DNA of 61,843 nucleotides, the filler included, from Nitrospinae bacterium RIFCSPLOWO2_12_FULL_45_22 (GTDB lineage Bacteria > 2-12-FULL-45-22), in the NCBI GenBank assembly GCA_001803565.1. It is 6 parts of 6 records of this genome, joined end to end, with 100 filler letters (N's around TTAATTAATTAA, not from the genome) between each part and the next. Parts side by side here need not be neighbours in the genome. Positions count along the whole stretch, not along the records: positions 8,884 to 21,695 come from MHDQ01000054.1; 5 more parts are not named here. The stretch is one strand, 5' to 3'. The translations under genes and the position numbers were made by a program. Positions 9,443-18,717 of this stretch are shown in pieces; the first letter of the stretch is position 1, and every line of letters starts with the position of its first letter. The notes beneath the pieces are model-generated. The model was not told where the DNA came from, searched no databases, and worked only from the letters and a program-made list of their open reading frames with translations.

Positions 9443-9882
9443 TCAAGGTTGTCCTGGATACCAACCAGATTGTTTCGGCCATACTAAACCCAAAAGGGCT
9501 TGGCGATGTGATCCTCATGAGTTCTGGTCTTAAAGGAGATCAAAAATATGAGTTGGTCGTTTCGGAAGAGATTTTAATTGAGATAAAAAGGGTTCTAAAT
9601 TATCCCCGTATAAAAAAGCTCCATGGATGGTCTGAAGAAAGGATTGACCTCTTTTTGAACCTACTTAAGAAACATGCCTATGTCGTTGCCACACCACCTC
9701 CTCACGATAAGGTCGTGCTACCAGACCCGGGAGATGATAAGTTTTTTTACGCAGCCCTCCAGGCCGGAGCGTTGTATATAGTTAGCAGGGATAATCATCT
9801 CTTAAATATAAAGGAGTATAAGGGAGTTAGGGTGTTAAAACCGGAGGTTTTTATTTCTGCAATGACGAATAACGCCCTTTAA
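9439..9882 (+). CDS. PIN-domain toxin
   Basis: KVVLDTNQIVSA, DPGDDKF, YIVSRDNHLL. Confidence 0.88.
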   Translation: MIKVVLDTNQIVSAILNPKGLGDVILMSSGLKGDQKYELVVSEEILIEIKRVLNYPRIKKLHGWSEERIDLFLNLLKKHAYVVATPPPHDKVVLPDPGDDKFFYAALQAGALYIVSRDNHLLNIKEYKGVRVLKPEVFISAMTNNAL

Positions 9883-9963
9883 AGAGTTGCCCGAGAGGCT
9901 CGTATTCCTTTCTGGAGAGTACATAAGATATACAGAGGAGAACTAGTACAAAAGGGCATATCG

Positions 9964-11154
9964 GTGGGTATAAAGACTAAGGTGGTTCATATCATTACCC
10001 GGCTGGATAAGGGAGGGTCGGCTGAAAATACCTTGCTTACCGCCTCTCTCATGGACAAAGAGAGGTATGAGGTATTCCTGATCAGGGGACTTTCACTAGA
10101 ATCAGACATGAGCCCCGCCGAGAGTGATGTCCTGGGGTATGACCTGACTCGGGCAGAAGCCAGGGGTGTCAGGGTATTCACTATCCCTTCATTGGTACGA
10201 CGCTTATCCCCCATAGATGACCTCCGCGCCTTTATTAGTATCTACCGGCTATTGAAAGAGATCAAGCCCAGGATAGTCCATACCCATACCTCCAAGGCCG
10301 GCATATTGGGCCGCTGGGCCGCTTACCTGGCCCGTGTTCCTATAATTATCCATACCCCTCACGGCCATGTCTTTTATGGATACTTTGGCCGGCCCTTGAC
10401 GAGAATCTTTATCTTATTGGAGCGGTACTCCTCCTATATAACCGATAAAATTGTGACCTTGACCGATAAAGAAGGAGAAGAGCATCTACAATCTAAGATC
10501 GCTCCTAAAGCCAAGTTTATTACAATTCATAGTGGAGTATTACTGGAGAGATATTCTCCTTCCAACATAAACCAGATAGATATTAACGGGCTTAAAGCAC
10601 AATTGGGGCTCTCTAATGAGGTAGCCATTGTGGGGACGGTAGGGCGATTGGCCCCGGTGAAAGGGCATGAGTATTTCATTAAGGCAGCCGGGAAGATTTT
10701 GAAAAATTTCCCTGAGACCAGGTTTTTATTGATTGGTGAGGGAGAATTAAGAAGTTATCTGGAAGGTCTGTGTTTAGAGTTAGGTATTTCTCAGCAGGTA
10801 CTTTTTTTGGGCTGGAGAGATGATATTCCTGCCTTACTCGCGCTCATGGATGTCTTTGTCTTGCCTTCTTTGAATGAAGGAATGGGAAGGGTTCTTGTTG
10901 AGGCCATGGCGGTAGGCAAACCTATTGTGGCCTTCCGGGTAGGCGGCATTCCTAACCTTATCCAGGATAGGGAGAATGGGATACTGGTTCTGCCGAAAGA
11001 TATCGAGGGCTTAGCCCGGGCTATCACTACCCTTTTAGCCAGTAGGACTTTAATGGAAGAGCTGAGGGCAAAAGGGACGGCCAAGGCCCCTCTTTACAGT
11101 GCAGAGAATATGGTGCAGAAAATAGAGGCCCTTTATGAAGCTTTACTTAAATAA
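9964..11154 (+). CDS. Glycosyltransferase family 4
   Basis: IVHTHTSKAG, VGRLAPVKG, LPSLNEGMGRVLVEAMA. Confidence 0.92.
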   Translation: MGIKTKVVHIITRLDKGGSAENTLLTASLMDKERYEVFLIRGLSLESDMSPAESDVLGYDLTRAEARGVRVFTIPSLVRRLSPIDDLRAFISIYRLLKEIKPRIVHTHTSKAGILGRWAAYLARVPIIIHTPHGHVFYGYFGRPLTRIFILLERYSSYITDKIVTLTDKEGEEHLQSKIAPKAKFITIHSGVLLERYSPSNINQIDINGLKAQLGLSNEVAIVGTVGRLAPVKGHEYFIKAAGKILKNFPETRFLLIGEGELRSYLEGLCLELGISQQVLFLGWRDDIPALLALMDVFVLPSLNEGMGRVLVEAMAVGKPIVAFRVGGIPNLIQDRENGILVLPKDIEGLARAITTLLASRTLMEELRAKGTAKAPLYSAENMVQKIEALYEALLK

Positions 11155-12601
11155 ACCTTGTTTATATGCCTTTGCTACTTTGTGCCTTTCTGTATCTCTT
11201 TTTCTCAATCCTTCCTTAGCCGCTCCACCACCGGCCTATATTCAGTTGGCGGGTTTGATAGACCTGCGCTCTACCTTTAGTGATGGTGAATTATCCTTAG
11301 AGACCCTGGTAAGGAGGGCAAAAGAGCGTGGCTTTGAAGTAGTAGTGATTAACGATCATGACCGAATGGCTATGGAGTATGGGCTGTTCCCTTTCCGGAA
11401 GATATTGAAAAAACGCGAGGAAAGACCTTCTATTCTTAAGCTGGGTGCGGATAAATACCTGCAGGCGATAAAACAGATTGCCCAGCATTACCCCGATATG
11501 ATCCTTATCCCTGGGGCTGAATCGGCGCCTTTTTACTATTGGACGGGTAGTTATCTTAGGGGAACCCTTACGGCCCATAACTGGGAGAGACACCTGCTCA
11601 TTATTGGTCTGGAAGACCCACAGGATTACCAACATCTCCCTCTCCTTCATAACGGCTTTTCTACGCACTACTTCAGACAGTTGTTGCCTGGGAGTATGAT
11701 ATTTTTGATTCCTCTATGCCTGAGCCCCTTCTTGATACTGAGGAAGGGAAGCTATAGGTTTATGGGTATTACAATCCTGTTGCTCTCTTCACTAATGTTG
11801 ATAGAATCCCATCCCTTCAAGGGCTCCCCCTTTGACCAGTATCACGGAGATCAAGGGATTTCTCCTTATCAAGAGCTGATTGATTATGTTAGGAGCCGTG
11901 GTGGGATGACCTTCTGGAATCATCCGGAGACCAGGTCTGGCATAGCGCGAAAAGGCCCTATCCAGGTAAATACCCCTCCTCATCCTGAGGTATTAATAGA
12001 GAGTAAAGGATATACCGGATTTGCAGTTGTCTATGGAGATAGAATCACGGTCACAGAACCTGGTCATGAGTGGGATAAGCTCCTGATAGACTACTGTCGG
12101 GCTAAGAGAGCCGATCCTCCATGGGGTATATCGTCGGCTGATTTTCATGGGGAAGGCGAGGCTGGGGAGAAACTGGGTAATTTCCCTACTATATTTCTAG
12201 TTAAGAGTAAGACCAAAGAGGAAGTGCTCAGGGCCTTCGAGCAAGGCAGGATGTATGCCTGCCGGGCAGGAGACAATTTCCGCCGGTTCGTATTGGAAGA
12301 TTTCTCGGTCTCTGACCCCACAACGGGCTCCTGGGGCACTCTGGGAGAGACTATCATCTCTAAGAGTAAACCAAGAATAAGGATTAAGATTTTGTCTTCA
12401 GACCAGAGGCGATATGATATTAGGATAAGGATTATTCGTTCTGGCAAACTGATAAATACTTTTTCTGGAACTACACCCCTGGCAGTTAACTTTTCTGATG
12501 ATTATTTTCAGCCTGGGGAGCAGGTCTACTACCGGATAGACATCCCCGGTGTACTGGTCTCCAATCCCGTCTTTGTGAGGTTCAGTCAGGATAGACAATG
12601 A
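11135..12601 (+). CDS. Exported/membrane PHP-like metal-dependent hydrolase
   Basis: Signal peptide; S.FSDG, NDHD, NHPE, SADFH motifs; two internal TM segments. Confidence 0.6.
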   Translation: MKLYLNKPCLYAFATLCLSVSLFLNPSLAAPPPAYIQLAGLIDLRSTFSDGELSLETLVRRAKERGFEVVVINDHDRMAMEYGLFPFRKILKKREERPSILKLGADKYLQAIKQIAQHYPDMILIPGAESAPFYYWTGSYLRGTLTAHNWERHLLIIGLEDPQDYQHLPLLHNGFSTHYFRQLLPGSMIFLIPLCLSPFLILRKGSYRFMGITILLLSSLMLIESHPFKGSPFDQYHGDQGISPYQELIDYVRSRGGMTFWNHPETRSGIARKGPIQVNTPPHPEVLIESKGYTGFAVVYGDRITVTEPGHEWDKLLIDYCRAKRADPPWGISSADFHGEGEAGEKLGNFPTIFLVKSKTKEEVLRAFEQGRMYACRAGDNFRRFVLEDFSVSDPTTGSWGTLGETIISKSKPRIRIKILSSDQRRYDIRIRIIRSGKLINTFSGTTPLAVNFSDDYFQPGEQVYYRIDIPGVLVSNPVFVRFSQDRQ

Positions 12602-12772
12602 TAAGCAGGTATTTACTCTTGTATCTGTCCCCTCCAAGGGCCCTTAGCTCTTCCGTTAAAATTTCCCCAATATAAAGAAGCCCCCCAGGAATAAGCCCCC
12701 CAATTAGCTGGAGTTTCTTTTACCACTAAGCACACAGAGATAACAGAGAAGACTATTCTCTGGCCTCTTTGA

Positions 12773-12850
12773 AGTGTGGGAGTTGCGTAGTGTGGGAGTT
12801 TGCGGACCCCCTTCAACCCTTACTCCCTAACTCTCCCACTCCTTAACTTC
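12773..12850. repeat. Short-unit inverted repeat element
   Basis: GTGTGGGAGTT x2 followed by complementary ACTCCC/CTCCCAC units. Confidence 0.4.
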
Positions 12851-13005
12851 CTGGAGTGGTGAAGGGTTAAAAAAATTATTTTTCTTTTGTCAAATTGTTA
12901 ACTACTTTTGCTGGATGCCCTTAACTTTATAGAAAATTTTCCGAAAAGAATACTAGAAAAAGAAAAAAAGACTTTAGTTGGGTATAAAAAAGGGGAAGCC
13001 GAGCA

Positions 13006-13719
13006 ATGATTGTAGGAATTCACCAACCTCAATATCTACCCTGGTTAGGCTATTTTGACAAAATAGATAGGTCAGATGTTTTTGTTATCCTGGACAATGT
13101 CCAGTATAAAAAAAATGAGTGGCAAAACCGGAACCGGATAAAGACTGCTCAGAGATGGCAATGGATTACCGTACCGGTCTTATATCACTTCCCTCAAAGG
13201 ATAAATGAGGTAAAGGTTGCTAACGGCGAGTCATGGAACAGAAAGCACCTTAATACCCTGCTTACCAATTATCATAAGGCCCATTACTTCCATGAGTACC
13301 TACCTTTTTTTGAAGATGCCTATGCACATACCTGGGAATATCTGGCAGATGTAAATATCCACCTCATAAAATACTTTATAGATGCTATTGGTATCAAGAC
13401 TGAGTTGGTATTGGCCTCTCAATTAAGATTAAGAGAAGACCCCACAGAGAGATTAGTAGATATCTGCAAGGCCGTAGGGGCAGATACTTATCTTTCAGGC
13501 AGAGATGGTGACAAATATATGGACCTGAGCAAGTTTTGGGCCGAGGGTATTGATGTAGTCTTCCAGGGTTTTTACCATCCGGTTTATGACCAGTTGTTTG
13601 GAGAGTTCGAACCGAATATGTCTGTAGTTGACCTTCTCTTTAACTATGGCCCACAAAGTTTAGAGCTTATAAGGAGAGAAAGAGATGAATATCCTGGCTT
13701 TGGGGTCCCATCCCGATGA
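13006..13719 (+). CDS. WbqC family protein
   Basis: HQPQYLPWLGYFDKI, DNVQY, WQNRNRI, YLSG, MSVVDLLFN. Confidence 0.92.
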   Translation: MIVGIHQPQYLPWLGYFDKIDRSDVFVILDNVQYKKNEWQNRNRIKTAQRWQWITVPVLYHFPQRINEVKVANGESWNRKHLNTLLTNYHKAHYFHEYLPFFEDAYAHTWEYLADVNIHLIKYFIDAIGIKTELVLASQLRLREDPTERLVDICKAVGADTYLSGRDGDKYMDLSKFWAEGIDVVFQGFYHPVYDQLFGEFEPNMSVVDLLFNYGPQSLELIRRERDEYPGFGVPSR

Positions 13720-14305
13720 TATTGAATTTGGTTGTGCCGGGACCCTCTTACGGTTCAGCCAAAAGGGTCATGCTGTCTACTTGATGGTCCTTACTTATGG
13801 TGAAATGGGGGGTGAGAAGGAGCAAAGGTGCCAGGAGCAGATGGTTTCATCCAGGATACTTAGAGCCCAGGATGTTTTCTGGGGGGGCTACGCCGATACT
13901 GGGATCAACTTGAATAATGGATTAATTACTCACGTAGAGAGGGTTTTAGCCCGGATAAGACCTGATTTTATTTTTGTTAACTATTTTGAAGATACTCACC
14001 AGGACCATCGCTATCTGGCTCAGGCCACTATCTCGGCAACCCGATACATCAAAAATGTACTCTTCTATGAAGTACCTACTACCCAAAACTTTACCCCTAA
14101 TGTCTTTGTAGAGATAGGGGATGTCCTGGAGCAGAAGATGTCCTCACTAGAGGCCCATACCTCTCAGGTCTTAAAGACAAATATTGAGGATATGTCTATC
14201 AGTGAGATAGCCAGGTCCTGTGCCAACTTTCGTGGGATTCAGGGACGGGTGAAACATGCTGAAGGGTTCGTCTCTCTGCGGTTATTCGTAAATATCCCTC
14301 ACTGA
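13685..14305 (+). CDS. PIG-L/LmbE family deacetylase
   Basis: HPDDIEFG, DTHQDH. Confidence 0.9.
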   Translation: MNILALGSHPDDIEFGCAGTLLRFSQKGHAVYLMVLTYGEMGGEKEQRCQEQMVSSRILRAQDVFWGGYADTGINLNNGLITHVERVLARIRPDFIFVNYFEDTHQDHRYLAQATISATRYIKNVLFYEVPTTQNFTPNVFVEIGDVLEQKMSSLEAHTSQVLKTNIEDMSISEIARSCANFRGIQGRVKHAEGFVSLRLFVNIPH

Positions 14306-14375
14306 AAGAAATAAACTTTTGCTAACTCTTCAGCCACGAAGTGACCCTAAGGAGCACTAAAAGGTAATTATCACT

Positions 14376-15593
14376 ATGATTGCCCACTCTAAGCCTACTT
14401 TGAATGGAGAAGATTTTTCTGCCGTTGAGGAGGTATTACGTTCCGGCAACATTGCTCAAGGCGCCAAAGTAGTTCAATTAGAAGAGAATATGGCTGGATT
14501 TATTGGGGCTAAAGCAGAAGGGGTAGCGGTAAGCTCGGGGACTGCTGCTCTGCACCTGGCCTTAAAGGCCCTCAAGGTAGGAAAGGGGGATGAGGTAATC
14601 TTGCCCAGTTATGTCTGCACTGCCCTATTGAATGCTATAAATTATGAGGGTGCTAAACCAGTCCTGGCAGACATATGTCCTGATTCCTTTAATCTGGACG
14701 TTTCTGCCGCAAAGAAGGCCCTTAGTAAAAATACCAGGGCCATAATCCTACCTCATCTATCTGGCCTGCCCGCCGATATAGAGGAATTTCTTACGCTGGG
14801 TGTCCCACTGATTGAAGATTGTGCCCAGGCCCTGGGGGCCACTTACCGGGGAAGGATGGTGGGAGGTCTTAGTACTTTCTCCATCTTCTCCTTTTATGCT
14901 ACCAAACTCATTACTACCGGCGGAGGGGGGATGCTCTTTTCTGATTCTCAAAAGTTACTGGATGAAGTCCGGGATCTGCGGGAATACGATAATAGGGATG
15001 ACTACCGGGTACGGTATAACTATAAGCTGACCGATCTCCAGGCTGCCTTAGGGCTGTCTCAACTAGAGAGGTTGCCTTCTTTTTTAGCCCGACGGAGAGA
15101 GATTGCTCAACGATACACGGAGGCAATGCAGCACATTCCTGTTGTTTTACCGCGGGCCTATCCTGACCGGGAGCATATTTATTATCGTTATGTTATTAGG
15201 ATAGATGGGATAGAGGCACAGAGGCACAGAGTTACAAAGGTACGGAGCGATAAAGAGGAATTAGGGAGATATCTGGAACTTTTGCATAGAAAGGGGATTG
15301 GGTGTCAGAGGCCGGTCTACCGGCCCCTCCATCATTACCTGGGGCTGAGGGGTTTTCCTATAACCGACAAAGTATGGCAGACTGCCCTCTCCCTTCCTAT
15401 CTACCCTTCCCTCACGGATGATGAACAGGAAAAGATAATTAGTGAAGTAGAAGAAATAATCAACCCCTGTTGTGGTGATCACCACAATCCCAAATTATGC
15501 AAGATTCCCGGCATGTCATTGCGAGGCTTGTCCCGAGCCGAAGTCCCGAGTGAAACAAGGGAGCAAGCGAGGGAACTCGACAAAGCAATCTGA
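14376..15593 (+). CDS. DegT/DnrJ/EryC1/StrS nucleotide-sugar aminotransferase
   Basis: SSGTAALHL, IEDCAQA, SFYATKLITTGGGG, NYKLTDLQAALG, SLPIYP; C-terminus extended by a repeat element. Confidence 0.92.
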   Translation: MIAHSKPTLNGEDFSAVEEVLRSGNIAQGAKVVQLEENMAGFIGAKAEGVAVSSGTAALHLALKALKVGKGDEVILPSYVCTALLNAINYEGAKPVLADICPDSFNLDVSAAKKALSKNTRAIILPHLSGLPADIEEFLTLGVPLIEDCAQALGATYRGRMVGGLSTFSIFSFYATKLITTGGGGMLFSDSQKLLDEVRDLREYDNRDDYRVRYNYKLTDLQAALGLSQLERLPSFLARRREIAQRYTEAMQHIPVVLPRAYPDREHIYYRYVIRIDGIEAQRHRVTKVRSDKEELGRYLELLHRKGIGCQRPVYRPLHHYLGLRGFPITDKVWQTALSLPIYPSLTDDEQEKIISEVEEIINPCCGDHHNPKLCKIPGMSLRGLSRAEVPSETREQARELDKAI

Positions 15594-15630
15594 TCGCTTA
15601 TAGATTGCTTCGCTAAGGCTCGCAATGACC
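15514..15630. repeat. GTCATTGCGAG...CTCGCAATGAC REP-like element with nested insert
   Basis: Terminal arms GTCATTGCGAG / CTCGCAATGAC; inner AAGCAATC / GATTGCTT. Confidence 0.65.
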
Positions 15631-15696
15631 ATTCCCTGGAAGGATGTTTGAAATGAACCTGCATAATTTGGGAGAAGTTTAGAAGGATAATGAATA

Positions 15697-16887
15697 ATGG
15701 AAAAGAGTAAGCCTGGATATTTCTGGAAATCATTTTATATCCTGGTATCCTTGCTGTTGCTTTTGCTGGCAGCTCCACCGGTAAGGGGTTGGTGGTTCCA
15801 GGGGGGAGGTAGATGGTTCTATATCTTCCTATTCTCTTTTTGCCTCTCCTATCTGCTTACCCCTTTATCCCGCTATATTGCAATGAAGCTTGGTATCATG
15901 GACTATCCTGATGCCAGGAAGATACATTCAAAGCCAACCCCACTCCTTGGAGGGATCGCTGTCTATCTGGCTTTTTTGGGTGCTATTCTGGTCAATTATA
16001 TTTTTGACCAGAAGGTAGGGGCCATACTCCTAGGGGGTGCTTTATTGGTAGCTGTCGGGGTTTGGGACGATTATAAGGGGGCTCCTGCCGGGAGCAAGCT
16101 CTTGGTCCAAATTCTTGCTACCCTGTTACTCGTCAAATCCGGGATTGTGCTCAACTTTTTTCCTGCTGCCACAACCGTGGGGGCAATAGGGAACATATTA
16201 TTGACCCTCCTCTGGGTAATAGGGATCACCAATGCCTTCAACTTCTTTGATGGGATGGATGGGCTGGCTACCGGCCTGGGGGCAATTATTGCCGCGTTCC
16301 TGGGGATCATAGCCTTTCAGACCTTTCAACCATTCCTTGGTTGGTTATCCGCCGCTATTGTAGGGAGCTGCCTGGGCTTCTTCCCCTATAATTTTAGGCT
16401 CCGCCAGCCAGCCTCTATTTTTCTGGGGGATACAGGCAGCGTATTCCTGGGTTTTGTGCTGGCTTCCCTGGCGGTTATGGGAGAATGGGCCGACAACGCC
16501 CCCTTTGTCTCGCTAACCAACCCAATACTTATATTTGGGGTGCTGATCTTTGACATGATCTATATCACAGTCTCAAGAATCTATTCTAAAAAGGTAGTCA
16601 ATTTTAGACAATGGATCAGTTATGTGGGTAAAGATCATCTCCATCACCGGCTAAACTCTGTCCTTAAAAACTGCAAGAGCACGGTGATATTTATATTCTT
16701 TTTGAGTACCACATTAGGAATAGGTGCCCTGGCCCTGAGAAATGCCCAGATTGTTGATGCCCTTTTATTGATTTCTCAGGCCGCCATCATACTGGTCCTG
16801 GTGACGGTGCTGGAGAGGGCTGCATCAATTATTACCAGGATTAAGGAATGGCAAAAAGAACCAAAGTCACAAAGATATAGCGGCTGA
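15697..16887 (+). CDS. WecA/MraY-family undecaprenyl-phosphate sugar-1-phosphate transferase
   Basis: RKIHSKPTPLLGG, GVWDD, NAFNFFDGMDGL, FLGDTGS, DHLHHRL. Confidence 0.9.
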   Translation: MEKSKPGYFWKSFYILVSLLLLLLAAPPVRGWWFQGGGRWFYIFLFSFCLSYLLTPLSRYIAMKLGIMDYPDARKIHSKPTPLLGGIAVYLAFLGAILVNYIFDQKVGAILLGGALLVAVGVWDDYKGAPAGSKLLVQILATLLLVKSGIVLNFFPAATTVGAIGNILLTLLWVIGITNAFNFFDGMDGLATGLGAIIAAFLGIIAFQTFQPFLGWLSAAIVGSCLGFFPYNFRLRQPASIFLGDTGSVFLGFVLASLAVMGEWADNAPFVSLTNPILIFGVLIFDMIYITVSRIYSKKVVNFRQWISYVGKDHLHHRLNSVLKNCKSTVIFIFFLSTTLGIGALALRNAQIVDALLLISQAAIILVLVTVLERAASIITRIKEWQKEPKSQRYSG

Positions 16888-16977
16888 TGTGAATTTCAAG
16901 CAACCATTGATCCCTACTACAATCGGGGTAACGATTGATTGCCGGATCAGGTCTGCAAGAGAGGGGGTTAATGCCTA

Positions 16978-17268
16978 ATGGATTTTCTGGAAAAGGCCTA
17001 TAAGAAAAGTGATTCTATTGTCTTTAGAAAGATAGCTGACGAGGTTATTTTAGTTCCGATAAGGCAAAATGTTGGTGATCTGGAAAGTATTTATACATTA
17101 AATGGGACCGCTACGCGTATCTGGGAACTGATGGATGGGAAAATAAAAGTTCGAGAGATAAAGGAGAAGATAGTTGAGGAATTTGAAGTAGCGCCTGAAG
17201 AAGCAGGAAAAGATTTAATGGAGTATTTACAGCAATTAGAGAAAGTATCGGCGATAATCGAAGGGTGA
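16978..17268 (+). CDS. PqqD family RiPP recognition element (RRE)
   Basis: FRKIADEVILVP...IYTLNGTATRIWELMDG...IVEEFEV...DLMEYLQQL. Confidence 0.9.
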   Translation: MDFLEKAYKKSDSIVFRKIADEVILVPIRQNVGDLESIYTLNGTATRIWELMDGKIKVREIKEKIVEEFEVAPEEAGKDLMEYLQQLEKVSAIIEG

Positions 17269-17272
17269 AGCT

Positions 17273-18376
17273 ATGGAATGTCCCCATATACCAGCTATTA
17301 GCTATACTGAGTTTGATGAATTGTTGTATAAGCAGGTCGTAGCAAAGAGAATCCCAATTAATGGATCATTTGAGCTTACCTTCCGCTGTAATCTGCGCTG
17401 TGCTCATTGCTATTGCAACTTGTCCCTGAATGATCAAGATGCCATCAACAAGGAACTATCTACTGAAGAGATATTTGATATCTTTGATCAGATGGCAGAT
17501 GCTGGGTGTCTGTGGCTGTTGCTAACCGGGGGGGAACCGTTGGTGCGGAAGGATTTTTTAGAAATCTATACTTACGCCAAGAAAAAAGGCTTCATTATCA
17601 CCCTATTTACCAATGGGACACTCATTACTCCGGAGATTGCCGATTACCTGGCTGAATGGCCACCATTTGCGGTGGAGATAACCTTATATGGTGCTACTAA
17701 AGAGACCTATGAGAAAGTAACTGGAGTCGCTGGTTCATTTAAGCGCTGTAAAAGAGGCATTGACTTACTATTAGAGCGAAAAATTCCTTTGGGGTTGAAG
17801 ACCATGATGATGACCTTAAATCGAGATGAGCTCTGGCAAATAAAAGAATATGCTGAGGGATTAGGCGTGAAGTTTCGTTTTGATCCCATATTCAACCCCC
17901 GGCTGGATGGCTCTAAAACCCCTTATAATTTCAGGCTATCACCGGAAGAGGTGGTAAAATTGGATTTAGCTGATGAAAAAAGAACGAAAGAATGGCAGAG
18001 GTTATGTGATAAGTTTTCCGGGTCTCCTTCATCTGACGATCTTTACCTCTGTGGCGCTGGAATTTCCGCATTCCATATCAATCCCTACGGGAAAATGAGC
18101 GTATGTGAGATGTCTCGTTTTCAGAATTATGACTTGCAGCGTGGTTCCTTTGAAGAGGGTTGGTATCAATCTATCCCTGAGTTTTTGACGCTAAAAGCTA
18201 AGGATGATTACCCATGCGCTCAGTGCGACTTGAGCGACCTATGTGGTCAATGCCCGGGTTGGTCATGGTTGGAGGCGGGCAATGCCGAAACCCCGGTTGA
18301 ATATCTCTGCCAGGTAGCCCATCTGCGGGCAGAGGCATTTAGCCCAAGGAAACCCTCAAAAAATGAAGGGAGGTAA
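17273..18376 (+). CDS. Radical SAM/SPASM peptide maturase
   Basis: CNLRCAHC, TGGEP, CGAG, C-terminal CAQCDLSDLCGQCPG...C. Confidence 0.92.
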   Translation: MECPHIPAISYTEFDELLYKQVVAKRIPINGSFELTFRCNLRCAHCYCNLSLNDQDAINKELSTEEIFDIFDQMADAGCLWLLLTGGEPLVRKDFLEIYTYAKKKGFIITLFTNGTLITPEIADYLAEWPPFAVEITLYGATKETYEKVTGVAGSFKRCKRGIDLLLERKIPLGLKTMMMTLNRDELWQIKEYAEGLGVKFRFDPIFNPRLDGSKTPYNFRLSPEEVVKLDLADEKRTKEWQRLCDKFSGSPSSDDLYLCGAGISAFHINPYGKMSVCEMSRFQNYDLQRGSFEEGWYQSIPEFLTLKAKDDYPCAQCDLSDLCGQCPGWSWLEAGNAETPVEYLCQVAHLRAEAFSPRKPSKNEGR

Positions 18377-18378
18377 AA

Positions 18379-18552
18379 ATGGAGAGCAGAGAAAAGCCCC
18401 GGAAATGCTATATAAAACCTCAAATAAATCAAGTCATGTTGAAGATCGAGGAAGCGGTCCTGGCAGGTTGTAAGACAGGCGCAGGCGCGCCAGGGGTGAC
18501 AAATAAGAATTGTGATCATGCTCAATGCAAGAGAAGTGTTTATGGTTCATAG
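18379..18552 (+). CDS. Putative RiPP precursor peptide, 57 aa (not in the ORF track)
   Basis: MESREKPRKCYIKPQINQVMLKIEEAVLAGCKTGAGAPGVTNKNCDHAQCKRSVYGS; strong RBS GGAGGT upstream; YxxP leader motif; three core Cys; C-terminal Ser. Confidence 0.85.
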   Translation: MESREKPRKCYIKPQINQVMLKIEEAVLAGCKTGAGAPGVTNKNCDHAQCKRSVYGS

Positions 18553-18578
18553 TCTAGTAAAGCGGTTCCTTATTAAAA

Positions 18579-18654
18579 TGTCATATCGACCGAAGGGAGA
18601 TATCTTTCTAACCCACTGTTGCAAATAAGATTTCTCGCTTCGCTCGAAATGACA
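18579..18654. repeat. TGTCAT...ATGACA REP-like hairpin
   Basis: Arms TGTCATATCGA / TCGAAATGACA with inner GAAGGGAGATATCT and AGATTTCTCGCTTCG. Confidence 0.6.
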
Positions 18655-18717
18655 TCATTGTAACGGTATTTTGTCCCCGTCAGGCATTTTCAGAAGAAAC
18701 TTTAGGGGGTTGATTGC

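Noticed and set aside
12613-12816. 67-aa minus-strand ORF and possible riboswitch in the long intergenic region
   Set aside because: Composed largely of short-unit repeats, with no recognisable protein or aptamer motif.
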